Source: Macrostomum lignano (lineage: Eukaryota). From it: a DNA stretch of 64,000 bases. The position numbers were made by a program, and so were the translations under genes. Shown piece by piece: positions 37,568 to 48,957 of this stretch (position 1 is its first letter; the number at the start of each line of letters is the position of its first letter). A model generated the notes under the pieces. That model made no database searches, was not told where the DNA came from, and was given only the letters and a program-made list of their open reading frames with translations. The DNA lies in contig NIVC01000885.1 of the NCBI GenBank assembly GCA_002269645.1, forward strand, positions 4,695 to 68,694, written 5' to 3'.

Positions 37568-38306
37568 AGAAGGTTGACAGATATTTTTAGATTTTCAAGG
37601 CTTATTGGGGGCATTGCTGAGATGTCAGGGGGGGGGGAGTTGATATGTTAAAGCTTGTGGGGGGAATTACTGACGTGTCAAGGCTTACAAGGTTTGACAG
37701 GAGATTTTTTAAGATTTCAAGGATACATGTAGCTTATTAAAAAAACGTGCATTGCATTTCTTTGGCTCCCCAACGGGGGGCGTAGATTGCTAGTTTTCAT
37801 CTCATTTTGATCATTTGCGAGTATTTACCTTGAAGGTAGTTGTAGTCAGGGGCATCGCCAACGGGGTTTCCAGCAATACAAGGCTCTCTTCTGAAAGTAA
37901 AAAACTCGAAGCACAAACAACGATTGAACATTCCTGCTTTAAACCATTCAAATTCATAAGGTGTACATTCAGCGCCAGCTACAGTGAGAGGCCTGCAAGT
38001 TGATGCATTGAAATTAACAACCAAACCAATGCCCAGGACTAATTGAATAGCGACGGCCGCCCCTCAATTCAATAACTAAAATGTGTTGCGCAACCTTTCA
38101 ACGCTTGTAACTCTCCACGCGAGTGTTGAGAACCAATGCTATAGTTGGCACTGAGTTATGATGCAATACAATTCCATCGGCAGTCAGACTGCTTCTCAAT
38201 CGGAAAGAACTGTTTGAACTTTAATAAACGGGGCAAAAATCGAGTTTTTCGAATATTGAAGCCCGAAAAAAATGAAGCAATTTCTTAGCAAAATTTTGTG
38301 TACCAG

Positions 38307-38796
38307 CGCTGTCGGTGCTGTCGATACCGAAATTCAGCGGCGGCGCGGCCGCCTCAGCTGCTTCCTCAGCTTCGCCGATGTTTGCCGACACCCCGGCCGA
38401 GCTGCCCGACCAGCACCAGCAACTGCTTGACGTCACCCCCTTTTGCGGCCGCCCGACCGTCAGCGACTCCCGTGTCGCCGCCCTGAAAGGCAGCACCCTG
38501 GAAGGCGTTGGTCGCGGCCGCGCCTTGGTGTCGTGGCGGAGCTGCGCCGCGGCAATGCCAGCCTGTCTGTCGGCACGGGCGGCAGCGTCCGCATCGACAG
38601 CGTGGAGGCGCACTTTGTCACCAACCTGTCCGTGCTGCTGATCGGCGACCAGCTCATGGGCCGCTACCTCACCGCTCATATCAGCAGAAATTTCGAGTGC
38701 TACAATCAGTCTGGCTACGTTCGCATTGTTGTCAGATTCACCGACGGCACTGAAGCAGCTGTGGAGGATATTGATCCCGACTACATCACTGTGCAG
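38307..38796 (+). pseudogene. Orphan TMEM132-family exon with a 1-nt frameshift
   Basis: Bounded by ATTTTGTGTACCAG| and CAG|GTGCGT. Across a shift at about 38537-38541 it reads LLDVTPFCGRPTVSDSRVAALKGSTLEGVGRG...SLSVG..GSVRIDSVEAHFVTNLSV...VRFTDGTEAAVEDID. This aligns by eye with the TMEM132 segment VDITE...VEEPRIAKLQGG..L.G.E.G...V.I.DL.VQLVTGLSL...VQFSDGSVTPLDIYD. Confidence 0.65.
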
Positions 38797-39344
38797 GTGC
38801 GTTGATTGCTGTCATACAGTGGGGCGCCAATTCCAGGCCATTTTTCCCACAGTTGCTTCGATCGCAGTTTTCTACTATTAGTAGCATGTTAATCGTTGCA
38901 GAAGTGAAATTTTCGTTTCCTTTTTAATCATTTGCGAGTATTTACCTTGTAGGTATTATTTAGTTGTAGTCAGGGGCATCGCCAACGGGGGAGCCAAGGG
39001 GGACATGCCAGAATTCTTTGTCCCCTTCAACCGACCTTGTGACCCGTTATGGAAATCAATAATTTTGCTGCAGGGCGACAAGACATATTTTTGCGTTCCT
39101 TTACTTTAACTTTACGATAGCTAGCGCAATGCTTTTCCATACAGCATGGCACTGTGATCAGAAACGGCATGGCGCTTATATCAAAAACATATAGCGAACA
39201 ATGTTATTATTAGTACCATGCTATTCTATACAGCATGGCGCCTGATACTATTGGAAATATACATATCCCACGTTGTGAACTATACAATTAGTTGATTCAT
39301 TTGGTAGTAGATGAGATTGTACAGCGCTAATTCTCTACTCTGTG

Positions 39345-39752
39345 CACAACTGTACACGTAGTTGGGTTTCGAACTGTACATGTAATCTTGGTGATTCATA
39401 CGCAGAGAGCGCGCGGGCCGTCTGGGGATTAATGTAAGACACTGTACATGTACATGTAGATTAATGCAGAAGTATGTACTGTGTACATATAGAATTGGGA
39501 ATAGACATGCACAGATACAATTTGGGATAGGGATTAATGTGCGTATGTGGGATTAATGTACATATACGAATACATATTGAAGTGTATTGATTAAAGTGTT
39601 CATTTCAGATAGTAGTATAATTTGCGTTTTTTGCGTCAAAATTCTGAAAACCCGGCTCTATCTGCGCATTATGTAGTGTCCTCCCCAGCCGGCCCGCGCG
39701 CGTACCAAGATTACATGTACAACTCGAAACAATACTACATGTACAGTTGTAC
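39345..39752. mobile_element. Foldback MITE with long interrupted inverted repeats
   Basis: GTACATGTAATCTTGGT (39376) and GCGCGCGGGCCGTCTGGGGA (39409-39428) are mirrored by TCCCCAGCCGGCCCGCGCGC (39682-39701) and ACCAAGATTACATGTAC (to 39720); looser symmetry extends outward. Confidence 0.7.
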
Positions 39753-40245
39753 GCAGGGGCGAGAATTCCTATATAATAAAAATGAAATGTCTGTAACTAA
39801 CTAGCTATGCGATAGATTTCAGAAAAAATGGCTCAACCGATTTTCTTCAAACTTGCACCATTCGATCAGAAATGTTCCTGGGACGGTACATGTATCTTGG
39901 CTAAGAAATTGCTCAATGTTAAAGGGATTAAATATTCGAAAAACATGCTTTTTTGCAAAGGTCAAGCCAAATTTTTGACTTGAAATGCATTGTAAGAATG
40001 CTAGAGAAAAAACTGACTGGCTGAATTACGATTGTGATAAAGATTGCATCACAACAAGGTGAAAACAGTGCCACAGAAACGCACACAAGACTTCATTGAA
40101 ATTGCGTAACCATATTGCTAACTTGAATTGAGACTGATACTGGCTGACTGAGAAATTGATTATGTCATAACTTTTTACTCTTACCGACTTGCTATAAGTA
40201 TTGAATTATAAGGGCCACAAGTCATGTTCTCCAATTGAAAAGAGA

Positions 40246-40298
40246 TAGCCGGATGCAAACAGACTGGAATGCTAATGTAGCGACCTTGGTTCGAATCT
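40246..40298 (+). promoter_or_regulatory. Degenerate tRNA-like A/B boxes in Helitron copy A
   Basis: TAGCCGGATGC at 40246-40256; GGTTCGAATC at 40288-40297; aligns with 32498-32550. Confidence 0.55.
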
Positions 40299-40349
40299 TA
40301 GTGGTGAAAAATGTTTTTTTTATTAAAACACGTTAAAAAACACAAAATT

Positions 40350-42535
40350 CTCAACATTAAAGAGCCACCATGTCGAAACATTAAAGAGCCACCATTTCAA
40401 ACATTAAAGAGCCACAATGTCAAACATTAAAGAGCCACCATGTCGAACATAAAAGAGCCACCATATCAAACATACAAGAGTTACCATTTCAAACCTAAAA
40501 GAGCCACCATGTCGAACATTAAAAAGCCACCATGTCAAACATTAAAGAGCCACAATGGCAAACATTAAAGAGACACCATTTCAAACCTAAAAGAGTTACC
40601 ATGTCAAACATTAAAGAGCCGCCAGGTCAAACATAAAACAGACACCATTTCGAAAATTAAAGAGCCACCATTTTAAACATTAAAGAGCCACCTTGTCAAA
40701 TATTAAAGAGCCACAATGTCAAACATTAAAGAGCCACCTTATCAAACATTAAAGAGCCACCATGTCAAACATTAAAGAGCCACCATGTAAAACATTAAAG
40801 AGCCACCATGTCGAACATAAAAGAGGTACCATGTCAAACATTAAAGACCCACCAGGTCAAACATGAAAGTGCCACCATGTCAAATATTAAAAAGCCACCA
40901 TGTCAAACATTAAAGAGCCACCAGGTCAAACATGAAAGTGCCACCAGGTCAAACATATACATGACTCCATGTCAAACATTAAAGAGCCACCATGTCGAAC
41001 ATAAAAGGGCCACCATGTCAAATATTAAAGAGCCACCATGTCAAACATTAAAGAGCCACCAGGTCAAACATGAAAGTGCCACCATGTAAAACATTAAAGA
41101 GCCACCATGTCAAACATTAAAGAGCCACCAGGTCAAACATATACATGACTCCATGTCAAACATTAAAGAGCCACCATGTCGAACATAAAAGGGCCACCAT
41201 GTCAAATATTAAAGAGCCACCATGTCAAACATTAAAGAGCCACCAGGTCAAACATGAAAGTGCCACCATGTAAAACATTAAAGAGCCACCATGTCGAACA
41301 TTTAAGAAGCACCATGTCAAACATAAAATAGCCACCATGTGAAACATATAGGTGACTCCATGTAAAACATTAAAGAGCTACCATACCAGACATATACATG
41401 ACTCCATGTCAAACATATACGTGACTCCATGTTAGACATTTAAGAGCCACCATGTCGAACATTAAAGAGCCAACGTGTTAAAAATACAAGAGCCACCAGG
41501 TCAAACATATATATGACTCCATGTCAAACATTAAAGAGCCACCATGTCGAACATAAAAGGGCCACCATGTCAAATATTAAAGAGCCACCATGTCAAACAT
41601 TTAAGAGCCACCATGTCAAACATATACATGACTCTATGTCAAACGTTAAAGAGACACCATGTCAAACATTACAGAGCCACCATGTCAAACATTTAAGAGC
41701 CACCAGGTCAAACATGAAAGTGCCACCATGTAAAACATTAAAGAGCCACCATGTCAAACATATACGTAACTCCATGTCAAACATTGAAGAGACCCCATGT
41801 CAAACATTAAAGAGCCACCACGTCGAACATAAAAGAGCCACCATGTAAAACATATACGTAACTCCATGTCAAACATTGAAGCGACACCATGTCGAACATA
41901 AAAGAGCCACCATGTCGAACATTAAAGAGCCACCATGTCGAACATAAAAGAGCTACCATGTCAAACATTAAAGAGCCACCATGTTAAACATAAAAGAGCC
42001 ATCATGTCAAACATATAAGTGACTTTATGTCGAACATTAAAGAGCCACCATGTCTAACATTAAAGAGCCACCATGTCCAACATTAAAGAGCCACCATGTC
42101 AAAAATTAAAGAGCCACCATGTCTATCATTAAAGAGCCATCATGTCAAACATTAAAGAGCTACTTTGTCTAACATTAAAGAGCCACCATGTCAAACATTA
42201 AAGAGCTACTTTGTCTAACATTAAAGAGCCACCATGTCAAACATTAAAGAGCCACCATGTCAAACATTAAAGAGCCACCATGTCAAACATAAAAGAGCCA
42301 CCTTTTTGAACATTAAAAAGCCACTTTGTAAAACATAGAAGAGCCCCCATGTCATACATAGAAGAGCCCCCATGTCAAACATAGAAGAGCCCCCATGTCA
42401 AACATAGAAGAGCCCCCATGTCAAACATAGAAGAGCCACTATGTCAGACATTGAAAAGCCACCGTATCAAACATAAAAGAGTTACCATGTACGAGCGTAG
42501 AACATAAAAGAGCCACCCTGTTAAACATAAAAAGA
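40350..42535. repeat. 23-bp satellite (AAACATTAAAGAGCCACCATGTC)n
   Basis: About 95 diverged units inside Helitron A. Confidence 0.97.
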
Positions 42536-42619
42536 TACACAATTTCAAACGTAAAAGTAAGCGAATTTTAAAGGAGCCGCTATAATGCTAAGGAAATTGT
42601 CGCACTAGCTACTTATTGT

Positions 42620-43060
42620 CTGGTGGATGCTTGCTATTTGGGGATGCTATCTATCTTGGGGATGCTTGCTATCTGGGGGATGCTTGCTATCTGGGGGATG
42701 CTTGCTATCTGGGGGATGCTTGCTATCTGGGGGATGCTTGCTATCTGGGGGATGCTTGCTATCTGGGGATGCTTGCTATCTGGGGGATGCTTGCTATCTG
42801 GGGGATGCTTGCTATCTGGGGGATGCTTGCTTTCTGGGGGATGCTTGCTATCTGGGGGATGCTTGCTATCTGGGGGATGCTTGCTATCTGGGGGATGCTT
42901 GCTATCTGAGGGATGCTTGCTATCTTGGGGATGCTTGCTATCTGGGGGATGCTTGCAATCTGGGGGATGCTTGCTATCTGGGGGATGCTTGCCATCTTGG
43001 GGATGCTTGCTATCTAGGGGATGCTTGCTATCTGGGGGATGCTTGCAGTCTTGGGATGAT
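42620..43060. repeat. 18-bp minisatellite (ATGCTTGCTATCTGGGGG)n
   Basis: About 24 units in the 3' part of Helitron A. Confidence 0.97.
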
Positions 43061-43213
43061 TTCTTTTTGCAATGCACTTCATTTGAGCAGTTTGTCTGTT
43101 GTCTTTTTGAAGGATTTTTGGCTGTCTTTTTGTTACTTTAGAAAACAGAGATTCTATCCAGATGTCCCCCATCGGGGGGCGAAGATTGCTAGTCCTATAT
43201 ACTAAAAATGTGA

Positions 43214-43244
<31 letters not shown>

Positions 43245-43777
43245 GTGATAGATTAGAGAAAAAATGGCTGGACCGATTTTGTTCGAACTTGCACTGTTCG
43301 ATCAGAAATTTTCCCGTGACGGTACATGCATCGTGGCTAAGAAATTGCTCAATGCTAGAGGCATTAAATATTCGAAAAACATGCTTTTTTGCAAAGGTCA
43401 AGCAAACTTTTCGACTTGAAATGCATTGTAAGAATGCTAGAGAAAAAACTGACTGGTTGAATTCTGACTCTGAAATAGATTGCATCATAACTGAATTGTA
43501 ACTCTGACTTGAATTGAAAATGCAGTGTGGAAGCCTAGCACCAGACTTGATTTAAATTGCGTAACCATATTGTTAACTGATACTGACTGACTGAGAAACT
43601 GATTATGTCATAACTGCTTCGTGTGATTTACTCTATGCTTGGATTTTAAACTGTTGAATTATATATATATGTGCAAAATTTGATAAATGCAGCGACGATG
43701 GTTCGAATTTTCATAGAATATAATTTTTTCAATTAAAGCTTTTCAACGTCAGGAAAACTAAAAGACTTTTTAAAAAG

Positions 43778-46700
43778 AAGCGTCATGTAAAAATCATAGA
43801 AGCGTCATATAAAAATCATAGATGCGTCATTTAAAAAATCATAGAAGCATCGTATAAAAATCATAGAAGCGTCATGTAAACAATCATAGAAGCGTCATGT
43901 AAACAATCATAGAAGCGCCATGTAAAAATCATAGAAGCGTCATGTAAACAATCATAGAAGCGTCATGTCAAAATCATAGAAGCGTCATGTAAACAATCAT
44001 AGAAGCGTCATGAAACAATCATAGAAGCGTCATGAAACAATCATAGAAGCGTCATGTAAACAATCATAGAAGCGTCATATAAACAAACATAGAAGCGTCA
44101 TGTAAAAATCATAGAAGCGTCATGTAAACAATCATAGAAGCGTCATGTAAACAATCATAGAAGCGCCATGTAAAAATCATAAAAGCGACATGTAAAAATC
44201 ATAGAAGCGTCATGAAACAATCATAGAAGCGTCATGTAAACAATCATAGAAGCGTCATGTAAACAATCATAGAAGCGTCATATAAACAATCATAGAAGCG
44301 TCATGTAAAAATCATAGAAGCGTCATGTAATGAATCATAGAAGCGTCATGTAAAAAATCCTTGAAGCGTCATGTAAACAATCATAGAAGCGTCATGTAAA
44401 CAATCATAGAAGCGTCATGTAAACAATCATAGAAGCGTCATGTAAACAATCATAGAAGCGTCATGTAAACAATCATAGAAGCGCCATGTAAAAATCATAA
44501 AAGCGACATGTAAAAATCATAGAAGCGTCATGTAAAATCATAGAAGCGTCATGTAAACAATCATAGAAGCGTCATGAAACAATCATAGAAGCGTCATGAA
44601 ACAATCATAGAAGCGTCATGAAACAATCATAGAAGCGTCATGTAAAAATCATAGAAGCGTCATGTAAACAATCATAGAAGCGTCATGTAAACAATCATAG
44701 AAGCGCCATGTAAAAATCATAAAAGCGACATGTAAAAATCATAGAAGCGTCATGAAACAATCATAGAAGCGTCATGTAAACAATCATAGAAGCGTCATGT
44801 AAACAATCATAGAAGCGTCATATAAACAATCATAGAAGCGTCATGTAAAAATCATAGAAGCGTCATGTAAACAATCATAGAAGCGTCATGAAACAATCAT
44901 AGAAGCGTCATGTAAAATCATAGAAGCGTCATGTAAACAATCATAGAAGCGTCATGTAAACAATCATAGAAGCGCCATGTAAAAATCATAAAAGCATAAA
45001 GCGACATGTAAAAATCATAGAAGCGTCATGTAAAATCATAGAATCGTCCTGCCAAAATCGTAGAAGCGTCATGTAAAAAATCCTTGAAGCGTCATGAAAC
45101 AATCATAGAAGCGTCATGAAACAATCATAGAAGCGTCATGTAAAAAATCATAGAAGCGTCATGTAAACAATCCTAGAAGCGTCATGTAAACAATCCTAGA
45201 AGCGTCATGTAAACAATCATAGAAGCGTCATGTAAACAATCCTAGAAGCGTCATGTAAACAATCATAGAAGCGTCATGTAAACAATCATAGAAGCGCCAA
45301 GTAAAAATCATAAAAGCGTCATGTAAACAATCATTCAAGCGTCATTTAAACAATCATAGAAGCGTCATGTAAACAATCATTCAAGCGTTATTTAAACAAT
45401 CATAGAAGCGTCATGTAAACAAGCATAGAAGAATGTAAACAATCATAGAAGCGTCACGTAAACAATCATTCAAGCGTCATTTAAACAATCATAGAAGCGT
45501 CATGTAAACAAGCATAGAAGCGTCATGTAAAAATCATAGAAGCGTCATGTAAACAATCATAGAAGCGTCATGTCAAAATCATAGAAGCGTCATGTAAACA
45601 ATCATAGAAGCGTCATGAAACAATCATAGAAGCGTCATGTAAACAATCATAGAAGCGCCATGTAAACAATCATAGAAGCGTCATGTAAAAATCATAGAAG
45701 CGTCATGTAAACAATCATAGAAGCGTCATGAAACAATCATAGAAACGTCATGTAAAAATCATAGAAGCGTCATGTAAAAAATCATAGAAGCGTCATGTAA
45801 ACAATCATAGAAGCGTCATGTAAACAATCATAGAAGCGTCATGTAAACAATCATAGAAGCGCCATGTAAAAATCATAAAAGCGTCATGTAAACAATCATT
45901 CAAGCGTCATTTAAACAATCATAGAAGCGTCATGTAAACAAGCATAGAAGAATGTAAACAATCATAGAAGCGTCATGTAAAAATCATAGAAGCGTCATGA
46001 AACAGTCATAGAAGCGTCATGTAAAAAATCATAAAAGCGTCATGTAAAAATCGTAGAAGCGTCATGTAAAAATCATAGAAGCGTCATGTAAAATCATAGA
46101 AGCGTCATGTAAAAATCATAGAAGCGTCATGTAAAATCGTAGAATCGTCCTGCCAAAATCGTAGAAGCGTCATGTAAAAAATCATAGAAGCGTCATGTAA
46201 AAATCATAGAAGCGTCATGTAAAATCATAGAATCATCCTGCCAAAATCGTAGAAGCGTCATGTAAAAAATCCTTGAAGCGTCATGTAAACAATCATAGAA
46301 GCGTCATGAAACAATCATAGAAGCGTCATGTAAACAATCATAGAAGCGTCATGTAAAAAATCATAAAAGCGTCATGTAAAAATCGTAGAAGCGTCATGTA
46401 AAAATCATAGAAGCGTCATGTAAAATCATAGAAGCGTCATGTAAAAATCATAGAAGCGTCATGTAAAATCGTAGAATCGTCCTGCCAAAATCGTAGAAGC
46501 GTCATGTAAAAAATCATAGAAGCGTCATGTAAAAATCATAGAAGCGTCATGTAAAATCATAGAATCATCCTGCCAAAATCGTAGAAGCGTCATGTAAAAA
46601 ATCCTTGAAGCGTCATGTAAACAATCATAGAAGCGTCATGAAACAATCATAGAAGCGTCATGTAAAAAATCATAAAAGCGTCATGTAAAAATCGTAGAAG

Positions 46701-48075
46701 CGTCATGTAAAAATCATAGAAGCGTCATGTAAAATCATAGAAGCGTCATGTAAAAATCATAGAAGCGTCATGTAAAATCGTAGAATCGTCCTGCCAAAAT
46801 CGTAGAAGCGTCATGTAAAAAATCATAGAAGCGTCATGTAAAAATCATAGAAGCGTCATGTAAAATCATAGAATCATCCTGCCAAAATCGTAGAAGCGTC
46901 ATGTAAAAAATCCTTGAAGCGTCATGTAAACAATCATAGAAGCGTCATGAAACAATCATAGAAGCGTCATGTAAACAATCATAGAAGCGTCATGTAAAAA
47001 TCATAGAAGCGTCATGTAAAATCATAGAATCATCCTGCCAAAATCGTAGAAGCGTCATGTAAAAAATCCTTGAAGCGTCATGTAAACAATCATAGAAGCG
47101 TCATGAAACAATCATAGAAGCGTCATGTAAACAATCATAGAAGCGTCATGTAAACAATCATAGAAGCGCCATGTAAAAATCATAGAAGCATCATGTAAAC
47201 AATCATAGAAGCGTCATATAAAAATCATAGAAGCGTTATGTAAAAATGATAGAAGCGTCATATAAAAAATCATAGAAGGGTCATGTAAACAATCATAGAA
47301 GCGTCATATAAAAATCATAGAAGCGTCATGTAAACAATCATAGAAGCGTCATGAAACAATCATAGAAGCGTCATGTAAACAATCATAGAAGCGCCATGTA
47401 AAAAATCATAGAAGCGTCATGTAAACAATCATAGAAGCGTCATGTAAAAATCATAGAAGCGTCATATAAAAATCATAGATGCGTCATATAAAAATCATAG
47501 ATGCGTCATGTAAACAATCATAGAAGCGTCATGTAAACAATCATAGAAGCGTCATGTAAACAATCATAGAAGCGTCATGTAAAAAATCATAGAAGCGTCA
47601 TGTAATGAATCATAGAAGCGTCATGTAAACAATCATAGAAGCGTCATGTAAAAAATCATAGAAGCGTCATGTAAAAATCATAGAAGCGTCATGTAAAAAA
47701 TCATAAAAGCGTCATGTAAACAATCATAGAAGCGTCATGTAAAAAATCGTAGAAGCGTCATTTAAAAATCATAGAAAGCGTTATTTAAAAAAATCATAGA
47801 AGCGTCATGTAAAAAATCATAGAAGCGTCATGTAAACAATCATAGAAGCGTCATGTAAAAAATCATAGAAGCGTCATGTAAAAATTATAGAAGCGTCAAG
47901 AAAAAATCATAGAAGCGTCATGTAAAAAAAGTCATAGAAGCGTCATGTTAAAATCATAGAAGCGTCATGAAAAAATCATAGAAGCCTCATTTAAAAACTA
48001 AGGAAAGTGTCATTTAAAAAATTAAGAAGCATCATGGTAGAATAAAAGAAGCGTCATGTCAGACATGAAGGGTGT
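43778..48075. repeat. 22-23-bp satellite (AAACAATCATAGAAGCGTCATGT)n, about 4.3 kb
   Basis: Same monomer as 32605-36665; array-specific variant CCTGCCAAAATCG. Confidence 0.99.
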
Positions 48076-48889
48076 CATGTAAAAATAAATGCAGCTATAA
48101 TCCTGTGCTGGGGAGAAAAACTGAGACGTTAAGGCTCTCAGAGAATAACTGAGATTACGGGGGGGGGTTGCTGAGATGTCAAAGCAAAAGTCAGAAGCTA
48201 CTTCAAAGTTCATGTACTTTACTCAATTTTTTTATTACATTCTTTGTTGGCTCGCCACGGGGGGGTCGCTGATAGAAGAAGAGTCATGTAAAAAATAAAA
48301 GTAGCACTATGTATACATAAAAGAAAAGTCATGTCGAAGTTAAAAGATTCATTTGGGAATTGCTATGATGTCAAAGCTTGGAGGGAATCGTTACAGTGCT
48401 GTGATTCTTAAAGAAGGAATCACTAAAATGTCAAGGCTTAGGGGAGAAGAATTGCTGAGATTCAAGGCTTTAGGTTGGGTTAAAGTTAGGTTTAGGTCAG
48501 GTGTGGGTTGAGGGTTATATTTTATCGGGTTTCAGGGTTAACGGGGGATTTTTCAGATTTCAAGGTTTATGGAGGCCATCGCTGACATGTCAAGGCTTAC
48601 GGGGGGAATAGCTGAGATGTCAAGGCTCACGGGGTATAAATGAGATTTCAAAGCTAAAGTCAGAAGCTACATGTAGTTTATTGAAAACTTTTTATTACAT
48701 TATTTGATGCCTCCTCAGGGGAGGGATCGCTGATAAAAAAAGCGTAATGTAAAAAATAAAAGAAGCTTCATGTCGAAGTTAAGAGATTCATTTGGGAATC
48801 CCTACGATGTCGAGGCTTGCAGGAAATCGCTATAATGCTGTAGCAGTGCTATAATGACTCTTAGAGAGAATTACTGAAATGTCAATGCT

Positions 48890-48957
48890 TTAGGGTTAGG
48901 TTAGGGTTAGGGTTAGGGTTAGGGTTAGGGTTAGGGTTAGGCTAGGGTTAGGGTTAG
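48890..48957 (+). repeat. Interstitial telomeric (TTAGGG)n run inside Helitron copy B
   Basis: About 11 hexamers, mostly perfect. Confidence 0.95.

Larger units (their letters stand above)
32465..37793 (+). mobile_element. Non-autonomous Helitron-like element, copy C (5'-truncated), carrying satellite and TTAGGG
   Basis: 3' GC hairpin GCTCCCC-AAC-GGGGGGC then GTAGATTGCTAG|T (CTAG 37790-37793). The post-satellite tail of about 1.1 kb is near-identical to 48075-49184. Confidence 0.82.
39767..43192 (+). mobile_element. Non-autonomous Helitron-like element, copy A (full length, about 3.4 kb)
   Basis: 5' end TCCTATATAATAAAAATGAAATGTCTG...AAATGGCTCAACCGATTTTCTTCAAACTTG, typical of animal non-autonomous Helitron 5' ends; 3' hairpin GTCCCCC-ATC-GGGGGGC plus GAAGATTGCTAG. 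The first about 400 bp are homologous to 43193-43630. Confidence 0.85.

Noticed and set aside
37797-38024. 75-aa minus-strand ORF beside the TMEM132-like exon
   Set aside because: No recognisable motif, non-ATG start, and it runs into the direct repeat.
32605-48075. Large arrays as CRISPR
   Set aside because: Monomers are contiguous, with no unique spacers.
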